Below, piece after piece: positions 39,547-48,092 of a stretch of DNA of 64,000 nucleotides. Below the pieces are notes generated by a model. That model saw nothing but the letters and a program-made list of their open reading frames with translations, was not told the origin of the DNA and searched no databases. How positions within the stretch are numbered: the first letter of the stretch is position 1; every line of letters begins with the position of its first letter. The stretch covers positions 395,978-459,977 of the forward strand of contig CAYOXC010000001.1 in the NCBI GenBank assembly GCA_964407865.1. Reading direction: 5' to 3'. The position numbers and the translations under genes were made by a program. This DNA comes from an uncultured Gammaproteobacteria bacterium (lineage in GTDB: Bacteria > Patescibacteriota > Patescibacteriia > Magasanikbacterales > GWA2-37-8).

Positions 39547-40530
39547 TTATCGGGCATTAACATTAAGAAGTTCTACAGATGTAGTTGCCATCTGCACTGG
39601 TGCGATTATGGCAGTGCCTGTTGGCGGGGCGAATAAACGCGGTAGCATGCCTTGATTTTTTAATCTAAGAATAAGTTGTCTGCGTTTATCAAGCAATTCG
39701 GCCTGAATTATTTTTCTTATCTCCTCTAAACTCATCCCCCTGGCTTTAAGCGCTTCAATCCTTCGCTTTATCACTTGATCGGCCAATACGGAACGAGATA
39801 CCCACAACCTGCTTTTAAGTTCATCAGGCACATCTTTAACCTCGTTAGACAGAGTCATTCTTTTATCACGGACACTTTCTACCATTTGGCGATTAATTTT
39901 TATCATTTTATTTGCAGCAATAACCACTCCACCCAAACGTTGTTTTGTTGCTGGGTCCAATGTTTCAACCTCAACCGTATTCTCTGAACCGACTATCTGT
40001 GTTTCTTCGTTTATATATTCCATACCAAATGATGTACCGCGCACAGAGGCAACCGCATTAGCTGATTCAACTTCCCAAAAAGAGTCGGGAGTGGACAATT
40101 CAATTATTTTTGACCAAACTCGTCCAGCAGAAAGCACTATCCTTACTCGGAGTGTATTATTTTCCTCGTCATAATCACCCTGGCTTAATATAATTTCTGA
40201 ATCAGAATCTAAACGGACCGCAGAACCGTCAGGCATATGAATTTCTGCCAACCCAGTTTCGTCTGTTTTAATTATTGAACCATTTTCAAACTCATCGCCA
40301 GTATTAACAGCCTCCCATGACCCTGCTGTTTTTACATAAACATTTGAGGAAAGTACTTCAATCCACGGCCTACTCATTTGTTCTTCTAGCACATCCGCTT
40401 CACCACTTTCTGTTATTTCATATCCAGCGCCATTCGGTTTTTGTACAGGTGCTTCACTTTTTCGCACAAAGACGAACAAACCTAACGCCACCAATAAAAT
40501 AACCACGATTAGAATTGTACTTTTTCTCAT
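39547..40530 (-). CDS. FecR-domain protein (membrane-anchored)
   Basis: DGSAVRLDSDSEIILS…LSAGRVW…VESANAVASVRGTSFG shows the FecR beta-sandwich pattern. It has an N-terminal TM and lies 3 nt upstream of the cyclase. Confidence 0.7.
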   Translation of the reverse strand: MRKSTILIVVILLVALGLFVFVRKSEAPVQKPNGAGYEITESGEADVLEEQMSRPWIEVLSSNVYVKTAGSWEAVNTGDEFENGSIIKTDETGLAEIHMPDGSAVRLDSDSEIILSQGDYDEENNTLRVRIVLSAGRVWSKIIELSTPDSFWEVESANAVASVRGTSFGMEYINEETQIVGSENTVEVETLDPATKQRLGGVVIAANKMIKINRQMVESVRDKRMTLSNEVKDVPDELKSRLWVSRSVLADQVIKRRIEALKARGMSLEEIRKIIQAELLDKRRQLILRLKNQGMLPRLFAPPTGTAIIAPVQMATTSVELLNVNAR

Positions 40531-40662
40531 ATATAATTGGCTAAAATAAACAAAAAACTACCTCCTCTCGGATGTAATCATTATATCAATCTCTGATAAA
40601 ATATTCAATAAATAACACTAAAAAAATAATTCAGTCCGGCTTGAAGTGAAAAAACGAGTATT

Positions 40663-41046
40663 TTATTTTGACCAAGCGAGATATCCTGGAACGATAAAAT
40701 TTACGAACGGTACAATCATCAGAATACCCCACCAACTTGGTTTTCTAGATTTTTCAGCTATGGCCATCCAAACAATTATAGTTATTACAATTCCAGCAAT
40801 AATATTTACAATTGGTATTAAAAGCAAAATTATCCACCAGAGAGGTTTATCGGCAATTTGCAACATTAAAATAATATTTAAAAAAGGAATCCAGGCAAAC
40901 CAAGTATTTGGTGTATTTGTTTTTTTAGCAATCGTCTGCAAAGCAAGCGCCAAATAAACATAAAAACCCAAAATAACCAAAGAATATCCTGCCCAAAATG
41001 TAGGACCGAGATAAGAGTAGATGTAAACCATTGCTTGTTGGTCCAT
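40663..41046 (-). CDS. small integral membrane protein with internal duplication
   Basis: WFAWIPFLNIILMLQIADKP…WWGILMIVPFVNFIVPGYLAW are two similar W-rich TM hairpins. Confidence 0.35.
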   Translation of the reverse strand: MDQQAMVYIYSYLGPTFWAGYSLVILGFYVYLALALQTIAKKTNTPNTWFAWIPFLNIILMLQIADKPLWWIILLLIPIVNIIAGIVITIIVWMAIAEKSRKPSWWGILMIVPFVNFIVPGYLAWSK

Positions 41047-41105
41047 ATTAAAAAAATATAAATAATCATTAATTATTTCAGTATAACAAAAAAAATTATT
41101 TAAAT

Positions 41106-41654
41106 CTATTTGAACTTGAAATCTTTTATTAAAAAATATTCTGGACCATTTGAAAAAAGTCGACTTTCTATCAACTCAACCCGATCAACTGCCCACTTGA
41201 TTGATGGAACTGATACATGCTGTAAATCTTTTAGAGAATGAATGTCGCCCTTAATTCGGCCCAAGGTTAAATGAGGCTTCCATTTGCGATCGCTCACTGT
41301 AAAACCAGCTTTTTCAAGCTTTTGTTTAAAAATTGACTGTAAGCGACAAGCACCGCTCAAATCATCTAATTGCATTACTAACACATTTGGACTTTGCCAA
41401 TTAGGAAATGCTTGGATATTTTTAAAAGAAAACTCTAAGGGTTTCCAATCTTTAATTGATTCTTTAATAATAGACTGCAGTCGGCCGATTGTATTTTCTA
41501 CGACTTCACCCAAAAATTCAACAGTAATATGGCATTGGTCTTTATCTGCCCATTTTATTAACGCCGAATCGTATTTAACTTTCATCTCCCGTTGAATTTT
41601 TATGAACTCTTCCTTGACCTCATTTGAAACCGGCAAAGCAATAAATAAACGCAT
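41106..41654 (-). CDS. thpR: RNA 2',3'-cyclic phosphodiesterase (2H family, ThpR/LigT)
   Basis: Two H-x-T/S-x motifs, HITVEF and HLTLGR, about 182 aa. Confidence 0.8.
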   Translation of the reverse strand: MRLFIALPVSNEVKEEFIKIQREMKVKYDSALIKWADKDQCHITVEFLGEVVENTIGRLQSIIKESIKDWKPLEFSFKNIQAFPNWQSPNVLVMQLDDLSGACRLQSIFKQKLEKAGFTVSDRKWKPHLTLGRIKGDIHSLKDLQHVSVPSIKWAVDRVELIESRLFSNGPEYFLIKDFKFK

Positions 41655-41660
41655 AATATA

Positions 41661-41689
41661 TTGACAAAATTATATTTTTTATCTATTAT
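41661..41689 (+). promoter_or_regulatory. canonical sigma70 promoter TTGACA-N17-TATTAT
   Basis: -35 at 41661-66 and -10 at 41684-89. The GGAGG SD lies 5 nt before the ATG at 41767. Confidence 0.6.
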
Positions 41690-41766
41690 TTACTGACATT
41701 TTTGTTCTTTGTAAAAACCAGCAACTATAGCGCTTCGCAAGAGCACTTTACCGAATCGGAGGAATA

Positions 41767-42021
41767 ATGAGCCAAGAAAAGATTTGTCCATACTGCAAAA
41801 CCCGCCTAAAATCAACTGAAAAAAAGAGTTTGTTTTGTTGCGCTGTATGCGGTCGCGACTTTTACTTTAACGCCTGCTGGAAATGCGGTAAAGAAATTGT
41901 CGGCATTGCGGAGGATCGTTGCGCCGAATGCGGTTGGTATCACTGTCCAGCCTGTACCGCCTGTAGTGCCGAATGCGTCGAGACACACTTTCCGCTCACG
42001 CTGAAAGCCGCAAGAACCTAA
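41767..42021 (+). CDS. small Cys-rich protein (84 aa; five CxxC pairs plus CxxCxxCxxxC), GC-rich ORFan
   Basis: CPYC…CAVC…CWKC…CAEC…CPACTACSAEC. Strong promoter and SD. GC is well above its neighbours. Confidence 0.5.
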   Translation: MSQEKICPYCKTRLKSTEKKSLFCCAVCGRDFYFNACWKCGKEIVGIAEDRCAECGWYHCPACTACSAECVETHFPLTLKAART

Positions 42022-42135
42022 TTTTCTCACTTGACACAACGCGGTCTAAATGGTTTCCTACCCAATGCTCTCTCCTCTCTGGCTTTGTCTAAGCCGTTTC
42101 ATCATACGGTTTACTAAGCCAGAACCTCCCGCCTC

Positions 42136-42203
42136 GCGGGTGGACCCTGAATGTGACTGCCCCACGATTATAGTCACACAAGGGTTCACCCGCACTTTTT
42201 TTA
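42136..42203 (+). terminator. long Rho-independent terminator closing a GC-rich 3' element
   Basis: GCGGGTGGACCC(42136-47)…GGGTTCACCCGC(42182-93), with an inner TGTGACT/AGTCACA hairpin, followed by T7. Confidence 0.65.
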
Positions 42204-42205
42204 TA

Positions 42206-42925
42206 TTACAGCTTTGTCGCCAAAAATACCGACAAAACCGCCGCAGTTTCTGCTCTAAAAACTAACGAACCTAAACCGACAAACTGCATCCTAGCTACCT
42301 CTGCTAAATAGCATTCCGCCTCACTCCATCCGCCTTCAGAACCAATAAATACCCCAATCGTTTCACGCTGAAAATAATCATCTTTTTTGAGTTCCTTTGC
42401 CCCTGGTACAAAAAATAAATTAACACTATTTGCTCCAGCGTCTTCCACCGCTTTTTTAAAATCAATCGGCGCGATAATTTCAGGTACCAACGCCCTTCCG
42501 GATTGTTCAGACGCTTCTCTGGCAATTTTTTTTAATCGATTTGTATTAACATTTAATTTAATTGTTTTTTCGGTTATTATCGGTACAATCCGACTAACGC
42601 CTATTTCAGTTGCTTTTTGAATAACAAATTCAAAATTTTCTTTTTTCAGTAATGAACAATAGAGAGTAATTTTCTTTTTTGGTTCAAATAGGTTCCGACT
42701 CACTTCATTCAGATGAACCTCTGCTTCACCGCGACAAAACTTAATAATTTGGCACCTAGCTTCAAGTCCTCGTCCATCAGCAATAATGATTATTTCGTCC
42801 GGTTTTAGCTTAAGCACATTTTTCATCTGATGAACCATCTGTTTATCGCTAATACGGATCGGCCGGTTCGCTGATTCCACTAAATTAATTTTTTCAATAA
42901 TAAAACGATGGATTTTCATATTCAC
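42206..42925 (-). CDS. rsmE: 16S rRNA (uracil1498-N3)-methyltransferase
   Basis: PUA-like N-domain plus SPOUT C-domain (ATEIGVSRIVPIITEKT…), 239 aa. Confidence 0.75.
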   Translation of the reverse strand: MNMKIHRFIIEKINLVESANRPIRISDKQMVHQMKNVLKLKPDEIIIIADGRGLEARCQIIKFCRGEAEVHLNEVSRNLFEPKKKITLYCSLLKKENFEFVIQKATEIGVSRIVPIITEKTIKLNVNTNRLKKIAREASEQSGRALVPEIIAPIDFKKAVEDAGANSVNLFFVPGAKELKKDDYFQRETIGVFIGSEGGWSEAECYLAEVARMQFVGLGSLVFRAETAAVLSVFLATKL

Positions 42926-42973
42926 TCTGTTAAATAAGAATTGGAACTATTTAAAAAATATTAAACAAAATAA

Positions 42974-44215
42974 TTAATTTGACAATCGCCTTTTCTGTCG
43001 CTGAAAAGATATGGCAAATCGGTGTGCCTCGTCGCGCACTTGAATAAGCAAACTTTTATTTTTTTCTACCCAATTGTACGCCAACGCGTTTTTCGTACCA
43101 ACAATAAACTCATTTTTGCGCCGTTTTGCTCCTTTTGCAATGCCGACAACAATAGGCACTCGGCCGGCCGATGTTTTCACCGCCCGATTCACCTGCGGCA
43201 GACCACCGTCTATCAACCAAACATCGGCTAGCGGCCAATCGTCTCGTTTTAGTCGGCGCTCAAAAATCTCTTGAAGACTTGCGACATCGCTCTGACCATT
43301 TATTTTTTTTATGTTAAACTTACGGTATTCTGATTTTACTGGCCCACTTTCATCAAACACAACCATACTACCGACTGAATTTATTTCACCCAAATTAGAA
43401 ATATCATAACCTTCAATTCTTAATGGCTCTTTTTTACCGACTATATCTTTGGTAAAACTGTCATTAAGAAGCGCGATATCACGGATGCGTGAAAGCGCTT
43501 TCAGTTGATCTCGCAAACGGGCCGCTTCTTCAAATAATTTTTTTGCCGAAGCGTCTTTCATTTGCCTCTCAATTATTTTAATCAGTGGCTTCTTTTTTCC
43601 ACGCAAAAATAACACCAGTGGACGAATAACTTTTCGCCGATAATCCAAACCCGTTAAATCTCCCGTGCACACACCTAAACACTGCCCCATTTGTTTATAT
43701 AGGCAGGCGCGTTTAGAGTCAGGACGGCAAAAAGAAACCATGAACAATCGTCGCAAAACTTTCAGCGCAGCCTTGGTATTTAGTCCTGGATAAGGTCCGA
43801 AAATATACTCAAACGAACGTAGCTCAACCGATGATAATTGCCTGATTTCATGTTCGCGCATGGTAAAAAATCTCGGATATTCATCTTTGGAAATTAAGAA
43901 ATAATTCCAGCTTTTATCATCCTTCCAAAAAATATTATATTTTGGACGGTATTTCTTAATATAATTACTTTCAAGAATTGCTGCTTCCAAGGCGGAATCA
44001 GAAACAATCCATTGTATATCTGTCACCTTATGGATCATCAGCTCTATTGGCCGCGGGTGTCGCAGACTCGAAAAATAACTTCTAACCCTTGATCTGAGCG
44101 AGCTGGCCTTACCAACATATATGATTTGTTTTTTATTATTAAAAAACAAATATATACCAGGCTTATCAGGTAACTTGCCTATTTTATTCAAAATTTTTTT
44201 ACTATTTATCATCAT
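42974..44215 (-). CDS. uvrC: excinuclease ABC subunit C, short form (GIY-YIG + UVR + RNase-H-like; no C-terminal HhH)
   Basis: PGIYLFFNNKKQIIYVGKA is GIY-YIG. …EEAARLRDQLKAL is the UVR domain. EGYDISNLGE is also present. The protein is 413 aa. Confidence 0.8.
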   Translation of the reverse strand: MMINSKKILNKIGKLPDKPGIYLFFNNKKQIIYVGKASSLRSRVRSYFSSLRHPRPIELMIHKVTDIQWIVSDSALEAAILESNYIKKYRPKYNIFWKDDKSWNYFLISKDEYPRFFTMREHEIRQLSSVELRSFEYIFGPYPGLNTKAALKVLRRLFMVSFCRPDSKRACLYKQMGQCLGVCTGDLTGLDYRRKVIRPLVLFLRGKKKPLIKIIERQMKDASAKKLFEEAARLRDQLKALSRIRDIALLNDSFTKDIVGKKEPLRIEGYDISNLGEINSVGSMVVFDESGPVKSEYRKFNIKKINGQSDVASLQEIFERRLKRDDWPLADVWLIDGGLPQVNRAVKTSAGRVPIVVGIAKGAKRRKNEFIVGTKNALAYNWVEKNKSLLIQVRDEAHRFAISFQRQKRRLSN

Positions 44216-44321
44216 TTTATTTAATACTATCCTGCTCCTTTTGTTAAGAGGTTAATATTGACTTAACACAAAAAGAAGCGCACTATTAACTATGGTTCTT
44301 TTTCAAGAAAGGAGAAGAGCA

Positions 44322-44639
44322 GTGGAAAACAACCAAATTTACGCAAAAATGCGTCAAAAGATACGTCGCGCATATGAATGTGGCGATGATTGCACAACCG
44401 TATTAATCTTTAGGCCAAAACGCCTGAAACGCACAGGAATATTCGGATCAATATTCGACCAAATCCTCGGACCACAAATAGATCCTGAGCCAATCGAAGA
44501 ACTCAGCCGTATTGCTATATTCCGCCTGACCCAAGAAGGATTCAAGGTTAGCTTTAATCGCGTGGGCGATCGCCATTCGCCCTACTGCCAAGCTAGAGTA
44601 TATAGCATCTCTTCCCTCAACCCAACCCAAATCTTTTAG
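44322..44639 (+). CDS. hypothetical protein (105 aa) between uvrC and uvrA, opposite strand
   Basis: AAAGGAGA SD 6 nt before the GTG at 44322. Its own terminator is at 44650-44676. No recognisable motif. Confidence 0.4.
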   Translation: MENNQIYAKMRQKIRRAYECGDDCTTVLIFRPKRLKRTGIFGSIFDQILGPQIDPEPIEELSRIAIFRLTQEGFKVSFNRVGDRHSPYCQARVYSISSLNPTQIF

Positions 44640-44649
44640 ACCTTTTCAT

Positions 44650-44676
44650 AAAAGAAGACAATCGTCTTCTTTTTTA
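44650..44676. terminator. bidirectional Rho-independent terminator (shared by the 105-aa ORF and uvrA)
   Basis: GAAGAC(44654-59)…GTCTTC(44664-69), with T7 on the plus strand and an A-run on the other side. Confidence 0.6.
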
Positions 44677-47283
44677 ATTAAAAAATTTACGCAAATATTT
44701 ACCCGTATAGGTTCCGCTTTTTCGCGCTAATTCGTCAGGCGTACCCTGAGCTACGACTTCACCTCCCTTATCCCCGCCTTCCGGGCCTAAATCAATCACC
44801 CAATCAGCACATTTGATCACATCTAAATTGTGCTCAATTACCAAAACTGTATTACCTTGAGCAGCCAGGCGTTCCAATACTTCTAATAATTTCTTAACAT
44901 CCTCATAGTGGAGCCCGACTGTCGGTTCATCCAAAAGATAAAGAGTTTTTGTATGGCCATACTTAGACAATTCACGCGATAATTTAATCCTCTGTGCTTC
45001 ACCGCCGGAAAGCGTGGTGGCTGATTGGCCTAGTGTTAAATAATCTAAACCTACCTCTTTTAACATTTTTAGCTTATCGTTTATTTGAGGTATGTCTTTA
45101 AAAAATATTTCTGCTTCAGCAATAGTCATATTTAAAACATCAGAAACATTTTTTCCTTTATAATGTACGGCTAAAGTTTCTTGGTTGAACCTTTTACCTT
45201 TACAGGTATCACAGATTATTTCCACTGTAGGCAAAAAATGCATTTCAATCTGCAGGGTGCCTCGGCCTTCGCAATTCTCGCATCGGCCTCCAATTGAACG
45301 GCGTGATCCTTCACGCGGAGGCACAGAGGGCACATTAAAGCTGAATCTTCCCGGACCGTAGCCGCGCATCCTCGCTTCTGGGGTAGCAGCAAAAAGCTCA
45401 CGCACAGCATCAAACGCTTTGGTATAAGTTGCTGGATTTGACCGTGGTGTTCGTCCAATCGGTGATTGGTCAATGACTATGACACCGTCTAAATATTCAC
45501 TGCCAGTTATAGATTTTACTTTACCAACTGACTTGTCGCTTTTGTAAAAACGCTTCTGCAGATTTCGGCATAAAATATCATGCATCAATGTAGATTTGCC
45601 CGAACCAGAAACACCGGTTAAACATACAAATCTACGCAAAGGAATATCCAAATTAATATTTTTTAAATTATGTTCAGCTGCTCCTTTGATTTTAAGTTTT
45701 GGCGTTGACGAATCAACTTTACGCCTACGATCTGGAACATCGACTTTTTTCTCCCCGCGCAAATACTGTCCGGTCAGTGATTTTATCGGATCTCCAACAT
45801 AAATATTTTTTGCTGTTGGTGTTTTTTTATTATTTAGAATATTTTCAAGCGGTCCTGAGTAAACAATTTCCCCACCGTGTTTGCCTGCGCCCGGTCCAAT
45901 ATCCACCATCCAGTCACTGGCTAAAATAGTGTCTTCGTCATGCTCAACTACAATAATTGTATTGCCAATGTCGCAAAGATTGCGCAAAGTATTAACTAGC
46001 TGTTCGTTGTCTTTCTGGTGCAAGCCGATTGTCGGCTCATCTAAAACATACAAGGCTCCGACTAATCTAGTGCCAACTTGAGAGGCTAAACGAATTCTTT
46101 GCGCTTCACCGCCAGAAAGCGTTCCTGCCCGACGTTCTAAAGTTAAATAATGCAAACCAACATTAAACATAAAATCTAAGCGATTGCATATCTCTCTAAT
46201 TACAGCGCCGGAAATTTCTTTTTCTTTTGCCCCTAGGTTGTTTTCCAAATAAGAAAAAAATTCCCGCGCCTCGGCAATAGTCATGGATACAATTTCCCAA
46301 ATATTTTTTCCATAAATACGAACACTTAAAGAATTATCATTAAGTCGTTTACCTTGGCATTTAGGACAAAGTTCTTCGCTAAACAAAGTTTTTGTTCCCA
46401 AACCTGTACAAGCCTCACAATAGCCATAGGGACTGTTGAAACTAAATAGTCGAGGCTCAATTTCCGGAAAACTAAAACCATCATTAGGGCACGAATACTC
46501 AGTGCTGTATATCTCTTCCTTGCCGTCGATATATATAGCTGTAATCAGGCCGTTTGATAAATCTACAGCGCTTTCAACCGCTTCGGTGAAACGCTGGCCC
46601 ATTGTTTTATCTTGGATAAAATCTAATGGTTTAGTATACAAAATTCTATCCACTACAACTTCAATAGTATGCTTGGTATTTTTTGATAAAATTAATTGAT
46701 CGCGTAAACTTTTAAACTTGCCGTCAATCCTTACCTCAACAAAACCAGAATTATACAAATCGTAAAGCATCTGATAATACTCTCCCTTACGGCCGCGCAC
46801 TACTGGAGAAAGAATCAATAATTCTTTAATTTTTTTCCCGTTATCATTTTTTATCCGATCAATAATCTGGTTTTTTATCTCATCCACAGTTGAACGCTCA
46901 ATCTGCCGGCCACAGAGCGGGCAAAAAGGAACGCCTACTCTGGCAAAAAGCACACGTAAATAATCATAAATTTCCGTGATAGTGGCGACAGTTGAGCGCG
47001 GGTTGGCGCCGCGTGCTTTTTGGTCAATTGAAATAGCCGGTGATAGTCCTTCAATCTCATCTACATCAGGTTTTTGCATACCGCCCAAAAATTGTCGTGC
47101 ATAGGCAGAAAGAGATTCAACATAACGTCTCTGACCCTCAGCAAAAATAGTATCAAACGCCAAAGACGACTTGCCTGATCCGGACAAGCCTGTAAAAACG
47201 ATCATTTTATTGCGCGGAATTTCGAGATTAACGTTTTTAAGATTGTGTTCTCGAGCTCCCTTAATAATTATTTTATCTTGCAT
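44674..47283 (-). CDS. uvrA: excinuclease ABC subunit A
   Basis: Two ABC modules ([14 protein letters not shown]…, [10 protein letters not shown]…) and Zn-finger C-x2-C pairs, 869 aa. Confidence 0.95.
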   Translation of the reverse strand: MQDKIIIKGAREHNLKNVNLEIPRNKMIVFTGLSGSGKSSLAFDTIFAEGQRRYVESLSAYARQFLGGMQKPDVDEIEGLSPAISIDQKARGANPRSTVATITEIYDYLRVLFARVGVPFCPLCGRQIERSTVDEIKNQIIDRIKNDNGKKIKELLILSPVVRGRKGEYYQMLYDLYNSGFVEVRIDGKFKSLRDQLILSKNTKHTIEVVVDRILYTKPLDFIQDKTMGQRFTEAVESAVDLSNGLITAIYIDGKEEIYSTEYSCPNDGFSFPEIEPRLFSFNSPYGYCEACTGLGTKTLFSEELCPKCQGKRLNDNSLSVRIYGKNIWEIVSMTIAEAREFFSYLENNLGAKEKEISGAVIREICNRLDFMFNVGLHYLTLERRAGTLSGGEAQRIRLASQVGTRLVGALYVLDEPTIGLHQKDNEQLVNTLRNLCDIGNTIIVVEHDEDTILASDWMVDIGPGAGKHGGEIVYSGPLENILNNKKTPTAKNIYVGDPIKSLTGQYLRGEKKVDVPDRRRKVDSSTPKLKIKGAAEHNLKNINLDIPLRRFVCLTGVSGSGKSTLMHDILCRNLQKRFYKSDKSVGKVKSITGSEYLDGVIVIDQSPIGRTPRSNPATYTKAFDAVRELFAATPEARMRGYGPGRFSFNVPSVPPREGSRRSIGGRCENCEGRGTLQIEMHFLPTVEIICDTCKGKRFNQETLAVHYKGKNVSDVLNMTIAEAEIFFKDIPQINDKLKMLKEVGLDYLTLGQSATTLSGGEAQRIKLSRELSKYGHTKTLYLLDEPTVGLHYEDVKKLLEVLERLAAQGNTVLVIEHNLDVIKCADWVIDLGPEGGDKGGEVVAQGTPDELARKSGTYTGKYLRKFFN

Positions 47284-47440
47284 ATTAATTCAACGAATCA
47301 AATTTTTGTCGAGGACAGCTACGGACCGCGACTTTTTATCGCAGTGGCATTGGGGCGATAAATTCGCAGACGAGGAGACCCGTGTCCTAAATATATATGA
47401 TGAGTGAATGGATAAATTATTTGTCACAAAAAAGCCAAAA

Positions 47441-47470
47441 GCCCCCTCAGCCTGCTTTGCTAGGGGGGTC
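47441..47470 (-). terminator. orphan hairpin plus U-tract in minus-strand orientation, upstream of uvrA
   Basis: CCCCCTCAG(47442-50)…CTAGGGGGG(47460-68). The A-run at 47427-40 becomes a U-tract on the minus strand. No minus-strand CDS lies upstream of it. Confidence 0.35.
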
Positions 47471-47591
47471 TAAATACTCTACACTGCACTAAGGCGACTG
47501 TCAATATTATGTTTGAACTGTGGAAATATTATTGTTATAATAACTACAAGGAGGTCAAGAGCTTCTTTTTTTATTAAATTAAAACGTAAAT

Positions 47592-48023
47592 ATGAACAAT
47601 AAAATTCTTATTTTCCTGGCTTTAGGTAGTCTTGTTCTGCTTGGGGCTAGCTGTGTACAAAACTTAGACAACGATATTACTGCCACCACAACTGAATATG
47701 AATTTAAGCTCACAGAAACTGAAATTGAAAGTAGTGCTATTAAATCAAACTTCTATTTGTCTGCAGTGGCTACTGGTCCGAATACGGCAGAGTTCAGCTG
47801 GACAGTACCGGATGATATGGATACTTCTGGTGGTTTTAGAATACTATCAAGCTCAAAACCTGAACCAATGATTCCAGGGGCCTATTGGGATTGGGTAGCG
47901 CCGAACACCAGTGAGACAACTCTAACTGATGTGATTAGCGGAATAAGATATTTCAGAATCTGTCAGTGGCTTGGCACAGGATGTGGTGAATATAGCAATG
48001 AAGTAATACTAAATGTGGAATAA
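47592..48023 (+). CDS. putative lipoprotein (143 aa)
   Basis: Signal peptide MNNKILIFLALGSLVLLGASC with a lipobox-like GASC. Confidence 0.45.
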   Translation: MNNKILIFLALGSLVLLGASCVQNLDNDITATTTEYEFKLTETEIESSAIKSNFYLSAVATGPNTAEFSWTVPDDMDTSGGFRILSSSKPEPMIPGAYWDWVAPNTSETTLTDVISGIRYFRICQWLGTGCGEYSNEVILNVE

Positions 48024-48092
48024 AAAAATCCCGACTTTGCCGATATAAAATTGGCACCCTGACATTAAGTCAGGATATGTCGGGATTTTTTA
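48022..48092. terminator. bidirectional terminator between the lipoprotein gene and uvrB
   Basis: ATCCCGAC(48028-35)…GTCGGGAT(48079-86) with a large loop containing CTGAC…GTCAG, flanked by an A-run and T6. Confidence 0.55.

Noticed and set aside
42022-42203. Possible SRP RNA, tmRNA, RNase P or 6S RNA in GC-rich non-coding stretches (here and at 50109-50240)
   Set aside because: I could not find the conserved SRP domain-IV motifs, the tmRNA GGGG…UCCACCA ends, or the RNase P P4 sequences by eye. They are left as unclassified structured elements needing cmscan.
47548-47560. AGGAGG about 40 nt upstream of the lipoprotein ATG as its RBS
   Set aside because: The spacing is too long and no alternative in-frame start lies at the right distance. 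It may belong to a tiny leader peptide or be fortuitous.
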